Source: Candidatus Alloscybalousia intestinigallinarum (GTDB lineage: Bacteria; Bacillota_I; Bacilli_A; RF39; UBA660). From it: a DNA stretch of 54,622 nt. Under the pieces are notes generated by a model. The model saw only the letters and a program-made list of their open reading frames with translations, searched no databases and had not been told where the DNA came from. Where the stretch lies: the NCBI GenBank assembly GCA_018716115.1, contig DVKF01000059.1:1-54622 (forward strand). The letters are read 5' to 3'. The stretch's first letter is position 1. Each line of letters starts with the position of its first letter. Of the stretch, positions 29,610 to 39,224 are shown piece after piece. The translations under genes and the position numbers were made by a program.

Positions 29610-31319
29610 TTATTTTACTCCTTTAGGTTTAGTCTTTTTTAAGGTTTTATTTTCTTCTTTTTCTAGCATATCCTCAATTTTTGCGATATATTCTCCATAT
29701 TGAGGATATCTTTCGTCTTGATGACGGACGGTTTCATCCTTCATAAAATGAAGTAATAGAAAATAAGTACTAGGGGAAATTTCTTTATATTTTTCAGTAG
29801 ATACCATATAGAGATGATTTAATTGCGATTCTTCTTTACAGTCAAAGACAATATCCGTTAGATGCTGTAAGTCTTCTTTGGTTAGGGAAGTTTGAAAATG
29901 CTGATTAAATTCCGATGAAGTTAAAATATTACTTATGGTATCCAATTTTTGTCTACATAATCTATTTTCCTCTTTTGCCTTATTCGCTATATAAGGTAAT
30001 ATTTCATACCTAGTGATATCCTTGGATAGAAAATCTTCAAAATTATTGTTGCTAACTAAGTCAAGAAGGATATCTGAAGTTGCGATATCCAATTCGGGAA
30101 TGTTTAATGCTTTTAATTGTTCTACTATTTCTTCACAAGAGGAATAATGAAAGAAAAGATAACCATTCTCTAACATTCTTAGTGTCGTAATAAAAGCATT
30201 ATAAGAAGGAATACTAGTGAGATAGGTAATTAGCTTTTCTAGTTGTTGATTATTTTCTTCTGGTGAAAGAGAATTATTTTTAAACATTTCAATCATTCCT
30301 GTTGTCTCTGCTAAGCACAATAGATTTTCTATCCCACTTTGTGTGCCGTATGGTTTATTTTCTAATAAAGAAGTAAATTTCTTACATAAATGTAGTGGAT
30401 TTTGATGAGTAGATACGCAATAATTACTCCACTCTTCAAAAAGAAAATAATAAAACATCCGTAAATTCAATTCCCAGTTTTGATAATCTGTGTTTTTTTC
30501 ACAAACTAAAGAAATGACTTCTTTCATCGATAGATCAGTTTCAAACACTAAGCTCTTCAAATTAGGACAGGTTAAAATATTGGTTTTCCAGTTAATAGAA
30601 TGATTTTGAGCCTCCTCTATCTTTATCGTATCTAAGATTTTTCGATAATCTGAGGCACTCATTTGATTTTTTTCTAATAAATAAATCAAAGTATCACTAG
30701 CTAAAACTCTAACTAAATATTTATTATCTAAACCGATAGATAACAGTTCAAGCATTTCTTTTTCCGTTAGGTAGTGTCTTTCTAACAATTTATTTTCCTG
30801 TTGGAGTTTTTTTAATAACAGAACTTCTTCTTTTATTGCTTTTTTATTTAGTGGATAGGCGTCTTCTTGATAGAATGGTTCTAAAAATTTTAAGAGTTGT
30901 TTGTGATTTTGTTTAGAAAATCCACCTAGTCCTTCTTTAAAGAAAGAAACAATAAATAAGAACATTTCGTCTACTTTCTCGGTATTTTTCATCTTCTCTA
31001 TAAACGCAAGCATTTGTCTTCTAGTGGGATTTAACTCTAAAAATGCGGAAACCACTTTGGTATTTAGTGATTTATTTTGATTGATTGAACGTAAATGAAT
31101 TAGTAAATCTCTTTTATAGTCGACTTCTTCTAATGTAAAATAAAAGGAATAGAGATTTTTTATTTGATCTTCATCTACCGTTTTTGCTAGTATCCAAAGA
31201 TTTCTTTCGTCTTCAGCTAGTAATTGATTATAGACTTTTTCTTTATCACTTAGTTGAACTCGATGTTCTTCCATCTTGATCAGAATCTCTTTTATATGAT
31301 TTAATTTTTCTATATTCAT
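29610..31319 (-). CDS. Uncharacterised helical protein, tandem paralog 5 (most divergent)
   Basis: Head MNIEKLNHIKEILIK; FLELNPTRRQM; tail DIVFDCKEESQ...STYFLLLHFMK; Lys-rich end. Confidence 0.85.
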   Translation of the reverse strand: MNIEKLNHIKEILIKMEEHRVQLSDKEKVYNQLLAEDERNLWILAKTVDEDQIKNLYSFYFTLEEVDYKRDLLIHLRSINQNKSLNTKVVSAFLELNPTRRQMLAFIEKMKNTEKVDEMFLFIVSFFKEGLGGFSKQNHKQLLKFLEPFYQEDAYPLNKKAIKEEVLLLKKLQQENKLLERHYLTEKEMLELLSIGLDNKYLVRVLASDTLIYLLEKNQMSASDYRKILDTIKIEEAQNHSINWKTNILTCPNLKSLVFETDLSMKEVISLVCEKNTDYQNWELNLRMFYYFLFEEWSNYCVSTHQNPLHLCKKFTSLLENKPYGTQSGIENLLCLAETTGMIEMFKNNSLSPEENNQQLEKLITYLTSIPSYNAFITTLRMLENGYLFFHYSSCEEIVEQLKALNIPELDIATSDILLDLVSNNNFEDFLSKDITRYEILPYIANKAKEENRLCRQKLDTISNILTSSEFNQHFQTSLTKEDLQHLTDIVFDCKEESQLNHLYMVSTEKYKEISPSTYFLLLHFMKDETVRHQDERYPQYGEYIAKIEDMLEKEENKTLKKTKPKGVK

Positions 31320-31330
31320 GTTTTCCTCTC

Positions 31331-32995
31331 CTATTTTTTCTGTAATATTTTAGGGTTATCTTGTTCTAATTGTTTTAACAAGTTATCCACTTCGGCGATT
31401 TGGTTTTGATATAGATAGGATTTTTTCCTTGGACGAGTGGCCCAGTCTTCTTTAGGTCTCTTTTTCATTTCTGCCATATACTTAATGGCCATTAGATAAG
31501 TATCTTTCTTAATATCATTTGGGTAATGTAATTGCGCTACTTCTTGGATATTCTCCAATTGCCAAGCTTCTTTGGTATTTAAGGTAAGATCAATCAATTC
31601 TTTCATGTCATCTATACTTAGTTTCCGCATTATGGTTAGCTCTAAAGCATAGTCGATCAACCAAAGTGCGGTTTGGAATTGTTTCTTTTCTATCACTGAA
31701 ACTGAAGGGGAATTAGATATTTTTTCTATTAAATACGGATATAATTCTAATGCGATTCTGCTATTATTTACTATTGAGTGGCACAACTCTCCTTCAAGGG
31801 ACGGATGAACTGAACTAATTTGCTTTAAGTAGTTAGCAACCTCAAGGAAGGAATGAGAGTTTACTAGCAAAGGGGAAGTGGCTAAAATTTCCATGTATCT
31901 CTTTCTTTTTAACGGTTCTAGTTGCTTTAAATAGGTTAATAAATCGGCTAATTCTTGTAAAGAGGTGTCCCCTTTTTTCATTGGCCCAATCGATATATCT
32001 AATATTTCTTGTGTTGAACTGAATAATAATTCATCAAAACCATATTCGTTTTGCGGATCGATTTTATATAAAGTTTCTGATACTTGTTTACTAAATTCTA
32101 GGGGATCATTTTCATTAATAGCGAATAAGGTCATTCCCTTGTTTAATATTTTTAAACACATAAGATCTTCTTTTTTCTCACGTTCATTGATAAAAGCTAA
32201 TACTTCTGATAGTTGAAGATTATGTTTAGCTAATAGAATAGGAAAATAGTTAGCGGTAAATATTTCTATTTCTTGCCTTGTATAAGATTCTGGTTTAGCC
32301 TTTCTGACTTGAGCTAATACACTTCTAATTTCTTGAAGAGTTAGATTTTGTAAATGTTCATTTTTTAGTAACTCGGCTACTGCCTCACTATCTAAAATCC
32401 AAGATAAATATTCGGAACAATCTTGCGAAGATATTCCTTTATTCTTTATTAAGTGAAAGAAGTTAAGATTGTTTTCTACATTTTCTATTCGTTCTAAAGT
32501 TGGGGTATAGACAAAGTCTCGTTCAAGAATTTTCTTTAGTAATGCTAGAATATTTGTATTCACGATAGATAAATTTCTCATTCCATTGATTACTCTTCTT
32601 AAACAACGGGGTTCATCCACTTTTTTCGCTTTTTCTATAAATTCAAATACGTCATCACTTTGAGGATCAAGTTTACAAAAGTCAATCAATAATCCTTTGT
32701 ATTGTGAAAAATTGGTATCGTCGATATCGGGACTTATGATAAATAAATCTCTTTCCATTCCAATTAATTGAATGAGTACTTGTCTTTTTTCCCGGCTGGT
32801 TAACGTATTCGCATTTAAGATAAAATCAATCGACTCTTGTTTATAGTGAGAAGGATCATTTACTAATAATTTTAGCGTCTCTTTATCTTCTTTTAACAAT
32901 TCCAAGACAATATTCTCTGGAAGTGTGAGTGTTTCAGCTTCTGTTTCTGTGTTAATTAAAAATTCTCTAATCAATAATAATTTTTCTTTTTCCAT
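31331..32995 (-). CDS. Uncharacterised helical protein, tandem paralog 4
   Basis: Head MEKEKLLLIREFLI...LPENIV; YLSW; LYPYLIEKIS; tail TKEAWQLENI...YPNDIKKDTYL. Confidence 0.88.
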   Translation of the reverse strand: MEKEKLLLIREFLINTETEAETLTLPENIVLELLKEDKETLKLLVNDPSHYKQESIDFILNANTLTSREKRQVLIQLIGMERDLFIISPDIDDTNFSQYKGLLIDFCKLDPQSDDVFEFIEKAKKVDEPRCLRRVINGMRNLSIVNTNILALLKKILERDFVYTPTLERIENVENNLNFFHLIKNKGISSQDCSEYLSWILDSEAVAELLKNEHLQNLTLQEIRSVLAQVRKAKPESYTRQEIEIFTANYFPILLAKHNLQLSEVLAFINEREKKEDLMCLKILNKGMTLFAINENDPLEFSKQVSETLYKIDPQNEYGFDELLFSSTQEILDISIGPMKKGDTSLQELADLLTYLKQLEPLKRKRYMEILATSPLLVNSHSFLEVANYLKQISSVHPSLEGELCHSIVNNSRIALELYPYLIEKISNSPSVSVIEKKQFQTALWLIDYALELTIMRKLSIDDMKELIDLTLNTKEAWQLENIQEVAQLHYPNDIKKDTYLMAIKYMAEMKKRPKEDWATRPRKKSYLYQNQIAEVDNLLKQLEQDNPKILQKK

Positions 32996-33004
32996 ATTTT
33001 TCTC

Positions 33005-34717
33005 CTATTTCGTTCTTTTTTTTGTTTTTGGTTGTTCTAAACTTTTTAGCATACTATCTACTTCATTGATTTGTTTTTGGTAAAGCTCATATGAAGGAGC
33101 AAAAAATTCTGTTGGAATTTCTCCTTTATCTCTTTCTTTCATCTTAGACATATAGAAGATAGCACTTAAATAAGCATCTCTATCTATTTTTTGAGGATAA
33201 TCTTCCCCCATAACATCGACAATATTCCGGCGTTGCCAATTAAATCTTGTCTCGAAAATACGATCGATAATTTCACGATAGATATCTAACGCATCATTTC
33301 CCCCATATTTTGTATGATTTAAAATAGAAAGAGCGGTATCTAATTTTTTCTTTTCTAATTTAGTTACAGGATTAGATAACTTTCCTATTAGATAAGGATA
33401 CAATCGATAGATTTGTGCATCATCATAAAAAATATATTTTATATTTGGACTTATTATTGACTGATATAGGTCTCCGGCTAGGAAAAGCTCTAATTGAAGG
33501 AAGTGGTTAAAAAAGGAAATGAGCTCATCCATAGAATTCATACTTTCTGCTATATAGGTCCATGTCAAGATATCGATTAAAAAAGTGTTTTTCGTATTTT
33601 GAATGGAAAAGTCGGGATCATGTTGCTCAGCTAATGATTCGAATAAAGGAATCAATTGGTTATCTAGCGCATTCGTTAAGTCTTTTTCCTCTTTTAATAG
33701 TTGGACAAGACCACTTTCTCCCAGTACGTCTATCAATTCTTTTTGTTTTTTTGAAGGGGCTTTTCTAATTGCGGAAGCAATTTTCTTACTGAATTCAATC
33801 ATAAACGGAGAAACATCGGAGATAGTGACAGCATCGTAAAAGTCACGCCAATCATCTGAAAGAAGCGCATAAAACACGCGTAATGGTAAAAGATCCCTTT
33901 TTTCTTCTAGTTCTTGGGTGAATTCAAGAAAAGAAGATATGTCTAATTTTTTATCCAATACTAGCTTTTGAAAATTTTCGTATAGAAATAGCTGCGTCTC
34001 CATGTTTAAAAATGGCGATTTCTGGAGTTGCGTTAGGATTTGATCAAACTCGTCAGTACTAATGGTTAACGAACAGAAATCCTTATCGTCTAATAAAGAG
34101 GCAATTTTTTCATTTTCTATCGTCCAAGATAAATATTTCAAAAGAGTTTCGTGAGTAATTTTTTTCTCTTCTAACAAAACATCTATATTTCCATTACTCA
34201 AAATACTATTTACATAAAGTAAATTACTGGACTCATTCCTATCCGGATCACAGACAGGCTCTAACAAAGATAAAATTTCTTGATTAGAACATTCATATCC
34301 ATGTAGTTGATTGATGATATCAATCATTAATTGATTCTCATTTTTATTTTTGTTTTTCATGGTTCTAGTATAGGCAAATAGTTGGTCTTTGGTTGGGGCC
34401 AGTTGGTTAAATTTAACGATTGAAGTAACGTATTGATTCAATTGTTTTACTTTATCTTCGTTATATGAAGGAATCTGTTTTCCCATTTCCATGATTTCGT
34501 CTAATAGTTGTTTCTTTATGCTTTCCTCTTTTATTCTGGTGGATAGAACAAAATCTAAATATAGTGGTTTATGTTCAGATTCATCATTTGTTAATGCCTG
34601 TAAAACATCGATACTTTCTTTTAATAGTTTAGAAACTACATCAGCTGGTAATTTTATCCTCTTCTTATCGGCATAAATCAGAATTTCTTTGATTAATAAT
34701 AATTTTTCTTTATCCAT
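33005..34717 (-). CDS. Uncharacterised helical protein, tandem paralog 3
   Basis: Head MDKEKLLLIKEILIYAD...LPADVV; YLSW; LYPYLIGKLS; tail TRFNWQRRNI...LEQPKTKKRTK. Confidence 0.88.
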   Translation of the reverse strand: MDKEKLLLIKEILIYADKKRIKLPADVVSKLLKESIDVLQALTNDESEHKPLYLDFVLSTRIKEESIKKQLLDEIMEMGKQIPSYNEDKVKQLNQYVTSIVKFNQLAPTKDQLFAYTRTMKNKNKNENQLMIDIINQLHGYECSNQEILSLLEPVCDPDRNESSNLLYVNSILSNGNIDVLLEEKKITHETLLKYLSWTIENEKIASLLDDKDFCSLTISTDEFDQILTQLQKSPFLNMETQLFLYENFQKLVLDKKLDISSFLEFTQELEEKRDLLPLRVFYALLSDDWRDFYDAVTISDVSPFMIEFSKKIASAIRKAPSKKQKELIDVLGESGLVQLLKEEKDLTNALDNQLIPLFESLAEQHDPDFSIQNTKNTFLIDILTWTYIAESMNSMDELISFFNHFLQLELFLAGDLYQSIISPNIKYIFYDDAQIYRLYPYLIGKLSNPVTKLEKKKLDTALSILNHTKYGGNDALDIYREIIDRIFETRFNWQRRNIVDVMGEDYPQKIDRDAYLSAIFYMSKMKERDKGEIPTEFFAPSYELYQKQINEVDSMLKSLEQPKTKKRTK

Positions 34718-34721
34718 AATT

Positions 34722-36377
34722 CTATTCTCCTATCTTTTTTCGTTTTGTTTTTGGTTGTTCTAATTCTTCTAACATCGCATTTACTTCATCTATCTGTGCT
34801 TGAAAATGGCGATAACGAGGAGTTGGTGGTTTTGGTGGTAATTCATTTTTGTCTCTTGGTTTCATTTCTGCCATATATTTAATCATCATTAAATACGTAT
34901 CGTTTTTTATATCAGCTGGATATTTATCTAAAGCTACTTCTTGAATATTTTTACGTTGCCAATCGTACTTCGTTTCAAAAATAAGGTCGATAATTTCTTG
35001 AATGGTTTTTACATCCATCGTACAGTCTTCTTCTCTTTTCTTATTATCTATAATAGAAAGCGCCACTTCTAATTTTTCTTTCCTTTCTAGAGGAGATTCA
35101 TCCGATAGTTTTTGAATTAGATAAGGATACAAATCATAATAAGCAGAATCATCCTCAATCGTTCTAGCAGAATAGCTATCTATCGTTTTGCTGAATATGG
35201 ATAGTAAATAAGGTCTCAACGTTTCAAATTGTTTTAGATAATCGATAATATCTGGAATGTTCTTTTTACTTCCTAAGATCCCACTGTTTACTATTCGCAT
35301 GAAATAAGGAAATTGCGTAGTATCTAATTGTAATAAGTAGGTAAGTAAACTAAGAAATTGCGTTTTTCCTTCTTTCTTATTTTTTTCACTAAATCGTAAG
35401 GGAATATTGTAATTCTCTAGTAGTCGACTTATCTCTTTAGGATAATCCTTCTTTTTTTGATGAATAATTGTTGCGATTTGTTTACTAAATTCGATGCTGT
35501 CTACTTTCCTATTCCACTCTCCAGGTAATAAATGGTTAAATATTTGGATAGGTAGAATATCTTCTTTTGATTTTTGTTCTTGAATAAAAGCTAAAAGGCG
35601 AGAAACCGTCATTCTTTTTTCCTTTACTTCCTCTAAAAAATGGTAACTATTTAATATTTCATATTCTAATTCTGTGAATGATTCTTGTTGTTCTTTAAAA
35701 TCATTCACAATCCTCTTAAAGTCTTCTGTATTTAATTCTAGTTCCTTGAAATTATTCTCTAGTAATAACTCGGATAACTTTTCGTTTTTTATACTTGAAG
35801 ATAAGTATTCTAAAAAGTCCTCGCGAGAAATTTTATTTTTCTTGATCCATTCATAAGTAGACTTTAGATCAATAATTCGAACTATATTATAGGTAGCAAA
35901 AGAATTTTCGTCTGGTTTTTCTACAGGAATACCATCTAAGACGGTTAGAATTTCTTTTTTTTCTATTCCTATTTTTCCTAATACAGTTATGATATCGGTA
36001 AAGTACTCATGATCTGCTCGATCACGCGTTGCTTCGACAAATTTTTCTAATTGTTCCTCGGTTGGTTCTAGGTTAGAAAACATAGTAATAGAAACTACAT
36101 ATCGATGGAATGCTTCCCGATCACACACTAGTCGCATTTCTTGCCCTATTTCGATTAATTTGTTCAGTAACTGTTTTTTGACCTTTTTCTCTAAATGAGG
36201 AGTATTTAGTAAAAACTCAAGATGAGTGGATTTATTGATTAGTGCTTCGTTATTAAGAATTTCTAATGTAGATAGTTCTTCTTTCATTAACTGGGACACT
36301 ACGTCATCTGGTAGACTCCAATTTTCCTTATCTGCTTCTATTAAGATGTTTTTAATACATAGTAATTTTTCTTTCAT
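34722..36377 (-). CDS. Uncharacterised helical protein, tandem paralog 2
   Basis: Head MKEKLLCIKNILIEAD...LPDDVV; LYPYLIQKLS; tail TKYDWQRKNI...LEQPKTKRKK. Confidence 0.88.
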   Translation of the reverse strand: MKEKLLCIKNILIEADKENWSLPDDVVSQLMKEELSTLEILNNEALINKSTHLEFLLNTPHLEKKVKKQLLNKLIEIGQEMRLVCDREAFHRYVVSITMFSNLEPTEEQLEKFVEATRDRADHEYFTDIITVLGKIGIEKKEILTVLDGIPVEKPDENSFATYNIVRIIDLKSTYEWIKKNKISREDFLEYLSSSIKNEKLSELLLENNFKELELNTEDFKRIVNDFKEQQESFTELEYEILNSYHFLEEVKEKRMTVSRLLAFIQEQKSKEDILPIQIFNHLLPGEWNRKVDSIEFSKQIATIIHQKKKDYPKEISRLLENYNIPLRFSEKNKKEGKTQFLSLLTYLLQLDTTQFPYFMRIVNSGILGSKKNIPDIIDYLKQFETLRPYLLSIFSKTIDSYSARTIEDDSAYYDLYPYLIQKLSDESPLERKEKLEVALSIIDNKKREEDCTMDVKTIQEIIDLIFETKYDWQRKNIQEVALDKYPADIKNDTYLMMIKYMAEMKPRDKNELPPKPPTPRYRHFQAQIDEVNAMLEELEQPKTKRKKIGE

Positions 36378-36397
36378 ACATGGATGCTCCTTATATT

Positions 36398-38060
36398 TTA
36401 CTGATGGTTTAAAGTTTTTGTTTTTGGATGGTTCTCTTCAGTTATCTTTAATAATTGATCGATTTCTTCAATCTGTTTAGTATACCGGTTAAATTTTTCT
36501 TTCTTTTCTTCACGCGGTGGATAAATAGAAGAGTATTCCATAAAGGTTAAATAGCTATCAACTCCAATATGTCGATAGTGAAAATTTTCTTCCGCAGCTA
36601 ATACCATATTATCTCGTTGCCATTCTTCTGTTGTTCTAAACACTAAGTCGATAATATGACGACTATTTTCTACATCTTCAAAAACTTTTTGACATTTTTC
36701 TTTACTAACACAAGCTAAATCATGTGTAGTAGTCAATATGTTAGCTACAGTAAGAAGTTTATCTATTTCTTCGTCAGTTATTGGATTAGAAAGATGATCA
36801 AACAAATAGAAAATTACCGAATAATATTCTTTATTCGTTATTAATATCGTATATAATCTATCGTTATTTAGACTAAACATCTGAAGAAACATCGATGCAG
36901 CTGTGGGATCTAGTTGAACGAAGCGTTCTAATAATTCTTGAACAGTTGCCAGAGATACATTACGAGGAAGTTGTTGTAATAGTTTTCTACAAGCGTAGCG
37001 TTGTTCTTCTCGTAAATCATTTAAAAACTTTATTGTTTTAAATAGTGTTTCTTCTTGATAACCGTGATTAAAAAAATCATAAAGAATAAGGGATGGAAGA
37101 GGTCTAGAGCCTGATTCTTTACTAATGGAAGCGATTTTCTTAGTTAAAGTTAGATGAAGTCCCTTTTCTGTACCATCCTTTGTTAGATAATGCTCATCTA
37201 CTCGGTAAAGAATATCCGTCAAAATGGAAATGGAATCATAATCTTTTTTCTTTAAATGTTCTTGGATAAAATCCATTACTTCTTTTACACTTATCTTTTC
37301 TTGATTCACTAACCGACTAAAATTAGAACTCGTAAAAAGGATTTTTATTTTGTGTTTGATTTCTTTTTCTTGATAAAGCCAATTCATTATTTGATCTAAA
37401 TCTTCATTAGTTACTCTTTGCTTTTTAATTAAGGAAAGCATCTCTTCAGAACTTAGTACATAAGAAATATCATCTTCTTTTAAACTCCAAGATAAATAAC
37501 GTAAAAAACTATCACGAGGAACTAATTTTTTATCTAAATACGGATACATATTAGAAAAATACTGGGGAAAAATATAAATATCATCACTACGCCATTCATT
37601 TCCTTCATAGATTGGTCTTAATACGTTTAAAATTTCTTTGTCATTTAGTTCTATTTTTAGTGCTTGAATAAGTGACGCAATTGATAAATTACTATCTTTT
37701 TTTAGCGCTTCAATAAATCCACTTAATTCTTTTTCATTCGGGTGAAGATGAGAAAGTTGAACAAGTGTCCTTATATAGTTATCAACTAATTTTTCCGGAT
37801 TAGCAACAACATAATCCATTAAATGATCTAAAGCTTGTTCTTTTTCTACCGAAAAAAAATTCTGATTGTAAAACAAAAGAAAGTAACTGTTGCTTTTCTC
37901 TTTTTAAAGACAAAGACGAGCCATCAAACTCAATTAATTTTTTTAATAAGGATGTATTTTCTTGATACAGTAAAGAAACTACATCATCCGGTAAGTAGAA
38001 GTCCTCCTTATCAGCATCTATTAAAATATTTCGAATTAAATATAATTTTTCTCTCTCCAT
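36398..38060 (-). pseudogene. Tandem paralog 1, frameshifted at a T8 homopolymer
   Basis: ORFs 37800..38060 (family head) and 36398..37876 (body and tail) join if the A8 at 37852-37859 is A7, giving 553 aa like its siblings. Confidence 0.85.
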
Positions 38061-38552
38061 TTTGTCCTCCTAGTTTTTTATTTGATTGCTTTTCAGACTA
38101 TAACATTTCCCCTATCTTATCTTTTTGGCGGTATACTATATAAAAATGTTTTAACCTATCCTTTACCTTCTTATATCACCTTGCTTCTTATTATAAAGTT
38201 TTTTGATAAAAAGTCTAGTTTTTATTAGGATTTTGTTAATCCTTTTAAATTGTCACCATATCATTAGTAGAAATGTCACCACTAAGTTTTAATAATTTCT
38301 TTATAAGCAAATTACTGATAATAGGCAGTGATAATGCTGTAATATCTTATTTTTAAAGCATTACGCACTTCAAAAGAGTTATTACTGGGTTCCTATTGTC
38401 AATGAGGAACTATAAAGAAATTACACTATAAAATCGGTGGCATTTTAACTAATGTTTAACATTTTCAAAGAAAAAAAGTATTCCTCATGAATCTTCAAAA
38501 TTTGGAAGTCAATCAATGAGGTAAAGAAACAGCTTTTCCTATTGATGAAAGT

Positions 38553-38587
38553 AAAATGAGTACTGACTTATTTAAGCCGTACTCATT
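38553..38587 (-). terminator. Probable terminator after trmR
   Basis: AATGAGTAC...GTACTCATT stem with a short U tract. Confidence 0.55.
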
Positions 38588-38616
38588 GGTTTACATGTTA
38601 AATTTTATATACTATT

Positions 38617-39216
38617 TTATCTTCTACGAGCAACCGCAATCCCGTCTCCTATTTTTAAGAATTCTACCTCATATTTGGGATTGTTTTTTAAATAATCGAT
38701 GTATTCTCTGATTTTTCTAATTAGACCTCTTAGATTTCTACTTTGGATACTATCTACATCCTTTTGGACTAAGCCATGAAAATCGATGTTATCAGTAATA
38801 ATCACTCCATGATCCGTTAAATTGGGTTCGAATTTTTCAAAGAAACGGATATTTTGACCTTTCGCCGCATCGATAAAAATCAAATCGAATTTACCTTCTA
38901 CTGTTGTTTCTAATGCGTCGTTAAAGATTAGCGTAATTTTATCTTCTAAGCCTAATTTTTTTACATTCTTAACCGCTTCAAGATAACGTTCATGATCACG
39001 TTCTATTGTCGTAATTTTCACATTGGGATTCGCAAGCGCCATCATGATTGCGGAATACCCTATCGCACTACCAATTTCTAAAATATTGGTGGTTTGATTT
39101 TTAATAATAAAAGTGGTTAAAAAATCAATTCCTTCATCTACCATAATTGGAACCTTATGATCTAAGGCATATTTTTTGATTTCTCTTATTTCTGCGTATA
39201 TACTTGTATTTGGCAT
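38617..39216 (-). CDS. trmR: O-methyltransferase, tRNA ho5U34 methyltransferase (YrrM)
   Basis: VPIM, ILEIGSAIGYSA, FDLIFIDAAKGQ, TDN, GDG; position after mltG. Confidence 0.88.
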   Translation of the reverse strand: MPNTSIYAEIREIKKYALDHKVPIMVDEGIDFLTTFIIKNQTTNILEIGSAIGYSAIMMALANPNVKITTIERDHERYLEAVKNVKKLGLEDKITLIFNDALETTVEGKFDLIFIDAAKGQNIRFFEKFEPNLTDHGVIITDNIDFHGLVQKDVDSIQSRNLRGLIRKIREYIDYLKNNPKYEVEFLKIGDGIAVARRR

Positions 39217-39224
39217 TTTTCCTC

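Noticed and set aside
27651-38060. Integron cassette array or DGR target array
   Set aside because: Most spacers are 4-20 bp with no room for attC sites, and there is no integrase. I saw no TR/VR pair differing only at adenines, and the only RT is the group II intron fragment.
38251-38281. TGTCACCA direct repeat upstream of the array as a regulator or Spo0A site
   Set aside because: Only two 8-bp copies, and they do not match the 0A box TGTCGAA; insufficient support.
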